A DNA stretch of 64,000 nt from the human T2T-CHM13v2.0 reference genome, Homo sapiens (GCF_009914755.1 NC_060932.1); one strand, 5' to 3'; positions 19,489 to 35,919 are shown, numbered from the stretch's first letter. Numbers and translations: made by a program. The notes: a model not told the origin generated them from the letters alone.

Positions 19489-22400
19489 ATTAGTCTGTTC
19501 TCATTGCAGCTAATAAAGACATACCCAAGGAAATATAAGACATACCCAAGGGAATATAAGAAAGACATACCAAATTTTATAAATTACTGGATAATTTATA
19601 AAGGATAGAGATTTAATTGACTCACATTCCACATGGCTGGAGAGGCCTCAAAATCAGGGAAGAGGCAAAGGAGGAGAAAAGGCGCATCTTACGTGGCATC
19701 AGGCAAGATAGCCTGTGCAGGGAAATTCCCCTCTATAAAACCATCAGGTCTTGTGAAACCTATTCACTATCATAAGAACAGCACAGGAAAGACCCAGTGC
19801 CATGATTCAATTACCTCCTTCCAGATTCCTCCCACAATACATGGAAATTATGGAAGCTACAACTCAAGATGAGATTTGGGTGGAGACACAGTCAAATAAT
19901 ATCATTCCGCCACCAGCCCCTCCAAAATCTCATGTCCTCACATTTCAAAACCAATCATGCCTTCCCAACAGTCCAACAAAAGTCTTAACTCATTTCCGCA
20001 TTAACTCAAAAGCCCTCGGTCCAAAGTCTAATCTGAGACAAGACAAGTCTCTTCTGCCCCAAGCCTGTAAAATCAAAAGCAAGTTACTTACTTTCTAGAT
20101 ACAATAAGGATACAGGCATTGGGTAAATACACTTGTTCCAAATGGGATAAATTAGCCAAAACAAAGGGCCTATAGGCCCCATGCAAGTCCAAAATCCAGT
20201 GGGGCAGTCAAATCTTAAAGCTCCAGAATGACTTCATGTCTCACATCCAGGTCATGTTGATGCAAGAAGTGGGTTTCCATGGTCTTGGGTAGCTCTGCCC
20301 CTGTGGCTTGCAGGGTACAGTTCCCACTACCCTGGCTGCTTTCAAAGGCTAACATTGAATGTCTGTGGCTTTTCCAGGTGCATGATGCAAGCTGTTAGTG
20401 GATCTACCATTCCGGGGTCTGGAGGATGGTGGCCCTCTTCTTACAGCTCTGCTAGGCAGTGCCACAGTGAGGACTCTGTGTGGGGGCTTCCCACCCTACA
20501 TTTCCCTTCTGCACTGCCCTAGCAGAGGTTCCTTATGAGTGTTCCACCCCTAACACACCACTGCCTGGACATCCAGGCGTTTCCATACATCCTCAGAAAT
20601 CTAGGTGGAGGTTCTCAAAACTCAATTCTTTATTTCTGTGCACCCACAGGCCCAACATCATGTGTAAGCCACCAAGTCTTGGGGCTTGTACCCTCTGAAA
20701 CAAGAGCCTGAGATGTACATTGGCCCCTTTTAGCCATGGCTGGGCTGCAGGGCACCAAGTCCTGAGGCTGCACAAACAGTAAGGCACCACTGGGCCAGAC
20801 TCACTAAACCATTTTTCCCTCGTAGGCCTTCAGGCCTGTGATGGGAGGGTCTGCTGTGAAGATTTTCTGGCATGCCCTGGAGACATTTACCCCCATTGTC
20901 TTGGCAATTAACATTTTGCTCCCCATTACTTATACAAATTTCTGCAGCTAACTTAAATTTCTCCTCAGAAAACTGGTGTTTTTTTGTTTTTGTTTTTTTA
21001 TTTTTTTTATTTTTTGCACATCATCAGGCTGCAAATTTTTCAAGTTTATGCTCTGCTTCCCCCTTGAATGCTTTTCTACTTAGAAATTTATTCCACCAGA
21101 TACCCTAAGTCATCACTCTCAAAAAGTTACACAGACCTCTAGGCAAAATGCCACTAGTTTCTTAGCATAGCAAGAGTAATCTTTGCTCCAGTTCCCAACA
21201 AGTTCCTCATCTTCAACTGAGACCACCTTGGCCTAGACTCTATTGTCCATGTCACTATCAGCATTTTGGTCAAAGCCATTTAATCTCTATCCTGAGATTT
21301 TGCTGAAGCTGCTTATCAGCTAAAGGAGTTTTTGGGCTGAGATGATGGGTTTTCTAAATATACAGTCATGTCATCTGCAAACAGAGATAATTTGACTTCC
21401 TGTCTTCCTATTAAATGTCCTTTATTTTTTTCTCTTGCCTGAGTGCCCTGGCCAGAACTTCCAATACTATGTTGAATAGGAGTGGTGAGAGAAGGCATTC
21501 TTGTCTTGTGCTGGTTTTCAAAGGGAATGCTTTTAGCTTTTGTCCATTCAGTATGATATTGACTATAGATTTGTCATAAACAGCTCTTATTATTTTGAGA
21601 TATGTTTCATCAATACCTAGTTTATTCAGTGTTTTTAGCATGAAGGAGTGTTAAATTGTTTTGAAGGCCTTTTCTGCATCTATCGAGATAATTATGTGGT
21701 TTTTGTCATTGGTTATGTTTATGTGATGGATTGTGTTTATTGATTTGTGTATGTTGAACCAGCCTTGCATCTCAGGGATGAAGCTGGCTTGATCGTGGTG
21801 GATAAGTTTTTGATGTGCTGCTGGATTCATTTGGCCAGTATTTTATTGAGGATTTTCACATCGATGTTCATCAGGGATATTGGCCTGAAATTTTCTTTTA
21901 TTGATTGTTGTGTCTCTGCCAGCCTTTGGTATCAGGATGATGCTGGTTCCATAAAATGAATTAGGGTGGAGTCTCACTTTTTCTATTGTTTGGAATAGTT
22001 TCAGAAAGGATGGTACCAGCTCCTGTTTGTACCTCTGGTAGAATTTGGCTGTGACTCCATCTGGTCCTGGGCTTTTTTTTTTTTTTTTTTTTTTTGGGTT
22101 GGCAGGCTATTAATTACTGCTTTAATTTCAGAATTTGTTATCGGCCTATTCAGGGATTCAGCTCCTCCTGGTTTAGTCTTGGGAGGGTGTATGTTTTCAG
22201 GAATTTATCCATTTCTTCTAGATTTTCTAGTTTATTTGCGTAGAGTTGTTTATAGTATTCTCTGATGGTAGTTTGCATTTCTGAGGGATCAGTGGCAATA
22301 TCCCCTTTATCATTTTTATTGTGTCGGTTTGATTCTTCTCTCTTTTCTTGTTTATTACTCTGGCTAGCCGTCTATCTATTTTGTTAACCTTTTCAAAAAA

Positions 22401-23806
22401 ATAGCCCCTGGATTCATTGATTATTTGAAGAATTTCTTCATGTCTCTCCTTCAGTTCTGCTCTGACCTTAGTTATTTCTTGTCTTCTGCTAGCTTTTAAA
22501 TTTGTTTGCTCTTGCTTCTCTAGTTCTTTTAATTGTGATGTTAGGGTGTCATTTTTAGATCTTTCCCACTTTCTGATGTGGGCATTTAGTGCTATAAATA
22601 TCCCTACAGATGGTGGAGAGGATGTGAAGAAATAGGAAAACTTTTACACTGTTGGTGGGAGTGTAAATTAGTTCAACCATTGTGGAAGACAGTGTGGCGA
22701 TTCCTCAAGGATCTAGAACCAAAAATACCATTTGACCCAGCAATCCCATTGCTGGGTACATACCTAAAGGATTATAAATCATTCTACTGTAAAGACACAT
22801 GCACACATATGTTTATTGCAGCACTATTTACAATAGCAAAGACTTGGAATCAACCCAAATGCCCATCAATGATAGACTGGATAAAGAAAATGTGGTACAT
22901 ATATGCCATGGAATACTATGCAGCCATAAAAAAGTAAGTTCATGTCCTTTGCAGGGACATGGATGAAGCTGGAAGCCATCATCCTCAGCAAACTAACACA
23001 GGAACAGAAAAACAAACACCTCATGTTCTCCCTCATAAGTGAGAGTTCAACAATGAGAAAACATGGGCAGAGGGAGGGGAATATCACACACCAGGGCCTG
23101 TCGGGGGCTGGGGGCAAGGGGAGAGATAGCGTTAGGAGAAATACCTAATGCATGCAGGGCTTAAAACCTACATGATGGGTTAATGGGTGCAGCAAACCAC
23201 CAAGGCACATGTATACCTATGTTACAAACCTGAACGTTCTGGATATGTATCCCAGAACTAAAAGTAAAATTTTTTTTTTTAAAAAAAGAAATTTCTAGGA
23301 AGTTCCAAACTTTTCCACATTTTCCTGTCTTTTTCTGAGCCCTCCAAACTGTTCCAACCTCTGCCTGTTACCCAGTTCCAAAGTTGCCTTCACATTTTCA
23401 GGTATCTTTACAGCTGTGTCCCACTACCCAGTATCAATTTACTGTATTAGTCTCTTCTCACACTGCTAATAAACATATATCTGAGGTTGGGTAATTTATA
23501 AAGGAAAGAGGTTTAATGGACTCACAGTTCCACATGGCTGGGGAGGGCTCTCAGTCATGGCAGAAGGCAAAGGAGGAGCAAATGCATGTCTTACATGGTG
23601 GCAAGCAAGACAGCTTGTGTAGGGGAACTCCCCTTTATAAAACCATCCGATCTTGTGAGGCTGAATCGCTATCATGAGAACAACACAGGAAAGACACACT
23701 CTCATGATACAATTACATCCCACCATCTCCCTCCCATGACACATGGGAATTATGGGAGCTACAATTCAAGACGAGATTTGGGTGGGGACACAACAAAATC
23801 ATATCA
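19487..23806 (-). mobile_element. THE1 (THE1C-like) MaLR with two LTRs (19487-19904, 23443-23806) and internal region interrupted by an L1
   Basis: Both LTRs run (T)GTATTAGTC...GAGATTTGGGTGG...ATATCA; typical THE1-int between (CAAGCTGTTAGTGGATCTACCATTC). Confidence 0.93.
21288..23290 (+). mobile_element. Twin-primed L1PA8-like insertion: inverted ORF2 piece 21288-22605, sense 3' piece 22606-23290
   Basis: Strand switch at TCCCT|ACAGATGG; 3' UTR GCATGCAGGGCTTAAAACCTA; degenerate TSD AAT(C/T)TCTA; THE1-int resumes afterwards. Confidence 0.92.
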
Positions 23807-24449
23807 GCTGGTTTCACTACATTAAAATAATGCATTAACAAACAAGCTTCCATTTTCTTCTCCCAATATCTAAAAGACTCTTTTATATAGGAAAGCTTTT
23901 TGTTGAAAGGTGGAGTCTACAATTTCAATGGTTACATTAAGAGTATTAGGAAGAAAATCTAGATCTGCTCATGGACCCTGTGCAGTCTTTCAATTTTGCT
24001 GATATTGTGAAAGATCATAGAGAGAAAGAAAAATTAAGTAGTAGTGACTTTTTTTAAAGCACCTAATGAAACCTCAGTGAAGTTCCAGAATATAATCTGG
24101 AATTTTCAGTTATATGAGCCAAAAAATTTTATCTTTTTTAGGTCAATTAGAGTTGGATATTCTGTCTTTTCTACTGGAGAGTAGTAAAGAATACAATTCA
24201 GGATTATCATTAACAAAGGTTAACTCTAACGAAGTGTCTGGAAGTAGCAATTACATGGAGCCAAGGATAAAAATTTCACATTTTGCTTCTGCTCCAACAT
24301 TTTTACATTTTTTAGAGATGTGCAATTTATTACATATAAAAGAAAATTAAAACAATAACGGTTAGATTGAATTGAAGACTAAATTTTATATTTTGATGTT
24401 ATCTTTTGGATATTTAAGGAAAAGTGTACACTATTATTCCTCACTGGAA

Positions 24450-25520
24450 AACCCTTCCTCTATTTTAAATATCCTTAATAGAATCTGCTTGTTTTCTTTC
24501 CATTGCTTATTGTTACTGAATTGTTTTAGGCTTTCTTATTATTTTAATAAATATTTGTGACATTTCCATTTCCTTTTGTAGCCAATTATGTCCAAGTTTA
24601 ATGATGTTTAATTGATGTTAATGCTATCATTTTTCAAATTTGCCTTTTATATTGTAAAGTGTGATTCATTTCTCATTGGCGCAGTTCATCTTCAAATATT
24701 TTTTTAAAAGTTGTTCATCTATTCTCTTGAAGCATACTATATTTAAATATCTTCTATTTTCACCAAATAGGAAACTTGAACAAGTACAACTATTGTAGCC
24801 AATTTTTATTAGATCTTATGTTATTTATTGTTAAAGGAGTCAGATAATGGATAATCTTCTAAATATTTATTGTAGCTTAATCTATTTCTGATTCTGTATG
24901 TGTAAATTATATTTTATCTTTATAATTAAAATTTATTAAAAATTGCTTGCTATTGTTTACTATATCCTGGTAAATGGCTATTCAAATTACAGCCATTATG
25001 AATCCCCTGAGCATCATCTATGTTAAATACTTTGTCTAAATATCCTTAATGTATTTCATTCAGACTATAGTAAACCTTTAAATGTAAATACTCATACTTT
25101 AAGTTCAGACAATATTTCTGGTCATTGTTTGAACATAGTTAATGTCTCAATTTTTAAAATGTGCTTCTCTAAAGAAATTTAACATTGCCAGGCTAGATAT
25201 CTAATCTGCCTTTTATATCTCCCATTATTAATCACATCTATTGTGACTCCTGTTCTTCTACTCTACATTTTAGAACATCTAATTACATTTGTTCTCTACT
25301 TCACCGATTGGATTTTCTACAAAACAAAATTCTCCTTTATTTTCTTTATTATGTATTTAATGTTTGTTTCTGTTACCTACGTTGCTTTTCAATATTTCCT
25401 TTTCACATTTATCTCTCATTTAATTTTATCCTGTTATTTTTAATTCACCTTCTCCCTTTTTTATTCTATTCTGCTACAGTTTTATAAAAACATTCCCATT
25501 AAAAATAATAAATTGTTCTT
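24450..25520 (-). mobile_element. Probable very old L1M/HAL1 fragment
   Basis: Strong T/C skew and weak motif resemblance only. Confidence 0.3.
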
Positions 25521-26345
25521 ACTTAACTTTATTTAACTTAACTTTAGATGGGCATGTCTTCCACCACTATTGGTATAGTCTACTGTTTGAAAAATATTAG
25601 AAATTGCAATTCCTAGTTTCTTTATTATCAAAACTCTTTCCACAAATTTATGCTTGTTCTTTAGTTGTGGTAATTTTACCACCAATGTGAAATAATTTAT
25701 TGTTAGTTGCCATCTCCACTTCTCTTCTAAACCTCAGATTAATTTTATACAAGTATTATCTAGCTGTTCCATTCTCTAACCTGTTACATTCAAAGAAGTT
25801 CTAATAGCAAAGAGGGTGCACATTGCTGTGGCTACATAAAAACGCAGCACCCATGCTGCAAAAAAAATCTGTAAGGTTGTTACCATAGGGCTATAGAAAA
25901 TGAAGATGAAAAACTGGTTTTCTTAATCTACTTTTATGCCATACCACAAAGAACAAGAAGCTGTCAATCACTTCTCTCAGTGAAATTCCACTGTCCTTGG
26001 GTTAGGTAAATTTCTTCTCTGATGGATGCAAAGATCTAAGCCAAAGATTGTGTTATGTGTTTTTTCATTTTCCTCTGACTTCATAGATTCTGATGAAAGT
26101 TAGTTAGAGAGGCTGTGTCAGATGCTATTTTTAAAGCAAACTGTTAATTTTAACATTATTGAAAATGCTTGCTCTTTGAGAAAATATTTATGGGAAATAT
26201 ATGTTGTAAATCTATTTTTAAACTATGAGATTGTGATAGACACACCTTGCAAATGTCACAATTCTTTCTGGGGATGTAAAAATAAAGCGAGTTGTGGCCT
26301 TCGTATTTTGTGTAATTTGTATGTCTATTTTAAAGAAAAGCATTC

Positions 26346-27061
26346 TGAAATCATCTTTGCAAAAATTATGACAGTGAGAGAAATCTGACGTAGAAAAATT
26401 ACGGCATTCAAAAAATCTGACATAGACGACTCTGTGTTGCTTCTAACCTTCAAGCTGACCTGGTTCATTTCTGGACATAGGCCAAGTGAACTATGGGAGG
26501 AATTTAGTTTATAGTTTAAGACAAAAGTGATAAGTGATAATTATGATTTAGGAGTCCATGTAGCCAGAAGTGGCAAGATTTGTAACCTTTCCAGTTGCTT
26601 CTATAGATAATATCACTATTATGAAACCTAAGATTGGTGTTTGAGGTATATTGCAGACTCCACACTTTTGATGGACTAGCTGGCACCATTTAGATTGGTA
26701 CTTTTGATGGACTAGCTGGCACCATTTAGATTAGTAACCCATACTAAGAAACTGGCTCATAAAATCTTGTGACTCCCCCATGAAGGGACTGACTCAGTGG
26801 AAGAAGACAACTTTGGCCTCCTGTGATCTCATCCCCATTCCAACCAATCAGCATTCCCCATTCCCTAGACCCTGCCCATCAAACTATCCTTAAAAAACTC
26901 TAGCCTCTGAGTTTTCAGGGAGGCTGATTTGAATAATAACTCTTGTCCTTCCGCTAGGCAAGCCCTGTGATTATTGAACTCTTTCTCTACTGAAATACTG
27001 CTGTCTCTGTGAATTGGTTTTATCTGTGCAGTAGGAAAGAAGAACCTATAAGGCAATTATA
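26346..27061 (+). mobile_element. LTR8-family (MER4 group, ERV1) solo LTR
   Basis: Starts TGAAATCATCTTTGCAAAAATTATGACAGTGAG; TTGCTTCTAACCTTCAAGCTG, GGGAGGAATTTAGTTTATAGTTTAA, CAACCAATCAGCATTCCC. Confidence 0.85.
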
Positions 27062-27344
27062 ACTGTTTATAATATGAATATAAATCTAGCTTTGCAAATG
27101 ACATCTATGAAAACAATGCTATATACCTGATGTTTACTTTGTATAATGGTAATTGACAGAGAAGGGATTCTGCACTTACAGAAGAGAAAGATCTGCACTG
27201 AAAGAATTTGAAAATAATTTGGATTTACTTAGTAGCAACTCCAAATGCATAATTTTGTTGTCCACTTTGTCTTGACTTTCAGGATTATGACGTCTGACAT
27301 GGAAGATGATGCTCATCATGCTGCTGCTGTGAGGCAATATATAA

Positions 27345-27639
<295 letters not shown>

Positions 27640-27739
27640 TATATGAATTTTTTTCAAGTGCTTAAAGTGAAGAGAGTTTAAATCAAAGCATCTCTTGTAA
27701 TGATCTAAGGAACACAGCCAAGTGGAATAGGAATGTACA

Positions 27740-27860
27740 TGTTTTGAAATATGAATGGCTAAATTGGATTAATTAACAGATGCAAGACCTTACATACTTA
27801 ATATTTTTGTGGTGAGAACACTTACGATTTACTCTGTTAGCAATTTTCAGGAAACACATT
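27740..27860 (-). mobile_element. L1MA 3' end fragment
   Basis: GAATGGCTAAATT...TTTGTGGTGAGAACACTTA...TAGCAATTTTCA. Confidence 0.65.
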
Positions 27861-28409
27861 TGTGCTTTCAATACCAGCAGGCTGAAGCTATTATTTGCAC
27901 AAGCTGATTTATTTAAAGCTGTTTAAATAATAGAACCAAAAAAGTCTGTGCAGTTTACATCTTCCATCTTCCATCTATGAATATCACAGATTATCCATTT
28001 TTATCCATTGTAAGAATATTGACATTTCTCTCACAGTCTGACTTTTCCACTTTTAATGTAGGAAGGAGCCAGGCTTCTGAATCAAGCCAATACCTTAGCC
28101 TGAGCTTCTAACTCATTAATGGAGATCAAAAATATTTGACCACTAACCTAGGGAAGTACTAAAACAATCCTGCTTGCTTTTGGTTGAGAGAAGCAGTGAA
28201 TATATCAATATGATAAAATACCTGTGAGGTACATTTTCTGGCACCTTGATGTATCACTTGCTTCTGAGTTGAGACTACTGGGTGGTTTTGTTGATTTGAT
28301 GTGAAACTACCTTTTAAGGATAAGAAAATATACGGAGAAGCAGCCTATGGAATATAAGTATACAGAAATTTGTGAAGATGAAATTTATAAAAGTGATGAA
28401 GAAGTGTCT

Positions 28410-29468
28410 ATTTAGAACTTTGTACCCTTTGACTGTTATCTTCCCTTTCTCCATTTTACCCCAACCAGCCTCTGGTAACCTTCATTCTACTCTCTACTTC
28501 TATCAGCTCCACATTTTTAGATTCTACATATAAGTGAAGAATATGGCAATTCTCTTTCTGTGCCTGGCTTATTGACATAGCATAATGTCCTCTAGACATA
28601 ACATTTTCTTTGTTAAGGCTGAATAGCATTCTATTATTTATTTTTTATCTGTTGAAAAGGGGATTGCAGTCTTGATTTTTTTTTTATTCAGCTAGTTTGT
28701 TGTTCCTGCATAGAAATGCTACTAATTTTTTATATTTATGTTGTATCCTGCAATTTTTTGAATTTGTTTATCAGCTATAAGAGTTTTTGGTAGAGCTTTT
28801 AGGTTATTCTCTATATGACATCATGTAATCTGCAAGCAGGAACAATTTGACTTCCTCTTTTCCAGTTTGGATATCTTTTATTCTTCCTTTTGCTTATTTT
28901 TTTCTGGCTAGGAGGCCAATATCTCTGATACACACAGATGAGAAAATTCTCAACAAAACAATAGCAGACCAAATCCAACAAGATGTCAAAAAGATACTAC
29001 ACTATGATCAAATTGGATTTCCCAGAAATGGAAGGATGTTCCAGCATAAATAAATCACTAACCATCACATATCACATCAATAAAATGAAGGAAAAAATAA
29101 TATAATTATCTTGATAAATGCAAAAAAAGTATTTGATAAAATTCAGTGCGGCTTTATGATAAAAGTTTTCATTAAATCAGGTATAGAAAGTAGGTACCTC
29201 AGACCAATAAAGTACATAAATGACAAATTGACAGCTAACAACATAGTGAAGGGAGAAAACTGAAACAAGACAAGGATGCCCACTCTCACTACTCTTGTAA
29301 GTTCCAGCTAAGAGAGTGGATTTTAGTGTTCTAATCACAATGAAATAAGTATGTGAGGTAACTGATATGTAAATGAGCCTGATATGATCATTCCACAATG
29401 TGTATTTGTATCAAAGCATCATATTTTAACCCATAAATATAGACAATTATTATTTGTCAATTAAAAAT
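28410..29468. mobile_element. Rearranged L1MA fragments: minus 28410-28913, plus ORF2 28912-29300, plus 3' end 29310-29468
   Basis: ORF 28847-29053 switches from antisense L1 text ([11 protein letters not shown]) to sense ORF2 ([15 protein letters not shown]); L1MA-type terminus AATTATTATTTGTCAATTAAAA. Confidence 0.75.
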
Positions 29469-29476
29469 ACTTTTTA

Positions 29477-30383
29477 GGGGGGAGGAACCAAGATGGCCAA
29501 ATAGGAATAGCTCCTGTCTACAGCTCCCAGTGTGAGCGACGTAGCAGACGGGCGATTTCTGCAATTCCATCTGAGGTACCGGGTTCATCTCACTAGGGAG
29601 TGCCAGACAGTGGGCGCAGGTCAGTGGGTGCGTGCACCGTGCATGAGCCGAAGCAGGGCGAGGCCTTGCCTCACTCGGGAAGCACAAGGGGTCAGGGAGT
29701 TCCCTTTCCTAGTCAAAGAAAGGGGTGACAGACAGCACCTGGAAAATTGGGTCACTCCCACCCGAATACTGCGCTTTTCCGATGGGCTTAAAAAACGGCG
29801 CACCAGGAGATTATATCCCGCACATGGCTCGGAGGGTCCTATGCTCACGGAGTCTTGCTGATTGCTAGCACAGAAGTCTGAGATCAAACTGCAAGGTGGC
29901 AGCGAGGCTGGGGAGGGGCGCCCGCCATTGCCCAGGCTTGCTTAGGTAAATAAAGCAGCCAGGAAGCTAGAACTGGGTGGAGCCCATCACAGCTCAAGGA
30001 GGCCTGCCTGCCTCTATAGGCTCCACCTCTGGGGGCAGGGCACAGACAAACAAAAAGACAGCAGTAACCTCTGCAGACTTAAATGTCCCTGTCTGACAGC
30101 TTTGAAGAGAGCAGTGGTTCTCCCAGCATGCACCTGGAGATCTGAGAACAGGAAGACTGCCTCCTCAAGTGGGTCCCTGACCCCTGACCCCCGAGCAGCC
30201 TAACTAGGAGGCACCCCCCAGCAGGGGCAGACTGACACCTCACACAGCTGGGTACTCCAACAGACCTGCAGCTGAGGGTCCTGTCTGTTAGAAGGAAAAT
30301 TAACAAACAGAAAGAACATCCACACCAAAAACCCATCTGTACGTCACCATCATCAAAGACCAAAAGTAGATAAAACCACAAAG
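29477..30383 (+). promoter_or_regulatory. L1 5' UTR internal promoter (sense and antisense) with YY1 motif
   Basis: AAGATGGCC at 29490-29498; the most CpG-retaining non-Alu stretch of the window; activity not shown. Confidence 0.75.
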
Positions 30384-31400
30384 ATGGGGAAAAAACAGAA
30401 CAGAAAAACTGGAAACTCTAAAAAGCAGAGCACCTCTCCTCCTCCAAAGGAACACAGTTCCTCACTAGCAATGGAACAAAGCTGGACGGAGAATGACTTT
30501 GACAAGCTGAGAGAAGAAGGCTTCAGAAGATCAAATTACTCCGAGCTATGGGAGGAAATTCAAACCAAAGGCAAAGAAGTTGAAAACTTTGAAAAAAGTT
30601 TAGAAGAATGTGTAACTAGAATAACCAATACAGAGAAGTGCTTAAAGGAGCTGATGGAGCTGAAAACCAAGGCTTGAGAACTACGTGAAGAATGCAGAAG
30701 CCTCAGGAGCTGATGCAATCAACTGGAAGAAAGGGTATCAGCGATGGAAGATGAAGCGAATGAAATGAAGCAAGAAGGGAAGTTTAGAGAAAAAAGAATA
30801 AAAAGAAATGAGCAAAGCCTCCAAGAAATATGGGACTATGTGAAAAGACCAAATCTATGTCTGATTGGTGTACCTGAAAGTGACGGGGAGAATGGAAACA
30901 AGTTGGAAAACACTCTGGAGGATATCATCCAGGAGAACTTCCCCAATCTAGCAAGGCAGGCCAACATTCAGATTCAGGAAATACAGAGAACACCACAAAG
31001 ATACTCCTCGAGAAGAGTAACTCCAAGACACATAATTGTCAGATTCACCAAAGTTGAAATGAAGGAAAAAATGTTAAGGGCAGCCAGAGAGAAAGGTCGG
31101 GTTACCCTCAAAAAGAAGCCCATCAGACTAACAGCGGATCTCTCGGCAGAAACTCTACAAGCCAGAAGAGAGTGGGGGCCAATATTCAACATTCTTAAAG
31201 ACAAGAATTTTCAACCCAGAATTTCATATCCAGCCAAACTAAGCTTCATAAGTGAAGGAGAAATAAAATACTTTACAGACAAGCAAATGCTGAGAGATTT
31301 TGTCAACACCAGGCCTGCCCTAGAAGAGCTCCTGAAGGAAGCGCTAAACATGGAAAGGAACAACCGATACCAGCCGCTGGAAAATCATGCCAAAATGTAA
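30384..31400 (+). pseudogene. L1 ORF1p, disrupted
   Basis: MGKKQNRKTGNSK...NHAKM with in-frame TGA at 30675 and 30711. Confidence 0.97.
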
Positions 31401-31448
31401 AGACCATCGAGACTAGGAAGAAACTGCATCAACTAACGAGCAAAATAA

Positions 31449-35296
<3,848 letters not shown>

Positions 35297-35919
35297 ACAA
35301 TGAGAACACATGGACACAGGAAGGGGAACATCACACTCTGGGGACTGTTGTGGGGTCGGGGGAGGGGGAAGGGATAGCACTGGGAGATATACCTAATGCT
35401 AGATGACGACTTAGTGGGTGCAGCACACCAGCATGGCACATGTATACATATGTACCTAACCTGCACATTGTGCACATGTACCCTAAAACTTAAAGTATAA
35501 TAATAATAAATTTAAAAAAAAGAGTTTACCTATATAACCTGCACATGTAACCCTGAACCTAAAATAAAAGCTAAATAAAAAATTTTTTAAAAAAATACTT
35601 TTTAATGAAGAAGGAACTCTTAAAGAGAAAGGAACAATTGGAGACTCTGGTTATGAGAAGTTACGATGAATACAATAAAGAAAAAAATATGTATTTTGGA
35701 TTATCACTTGAAAGTCATCGATAATCATGGAGTAGAACCTTTACTGAAATCAAGTTAAGAAATCAGGAACATATTACAGAGATTCAGAGACAGCTAATTA
35801 TTCTGTTCTGAAATGAGAAATATGAGAATGTTTAAAGGCATTAAGTGATAACATTATAGAAGTGTACAAGCATATGGTTATAAAAGCCATCATTTTGAGC
35901 ACAGTTTTGGCGATAAGAG

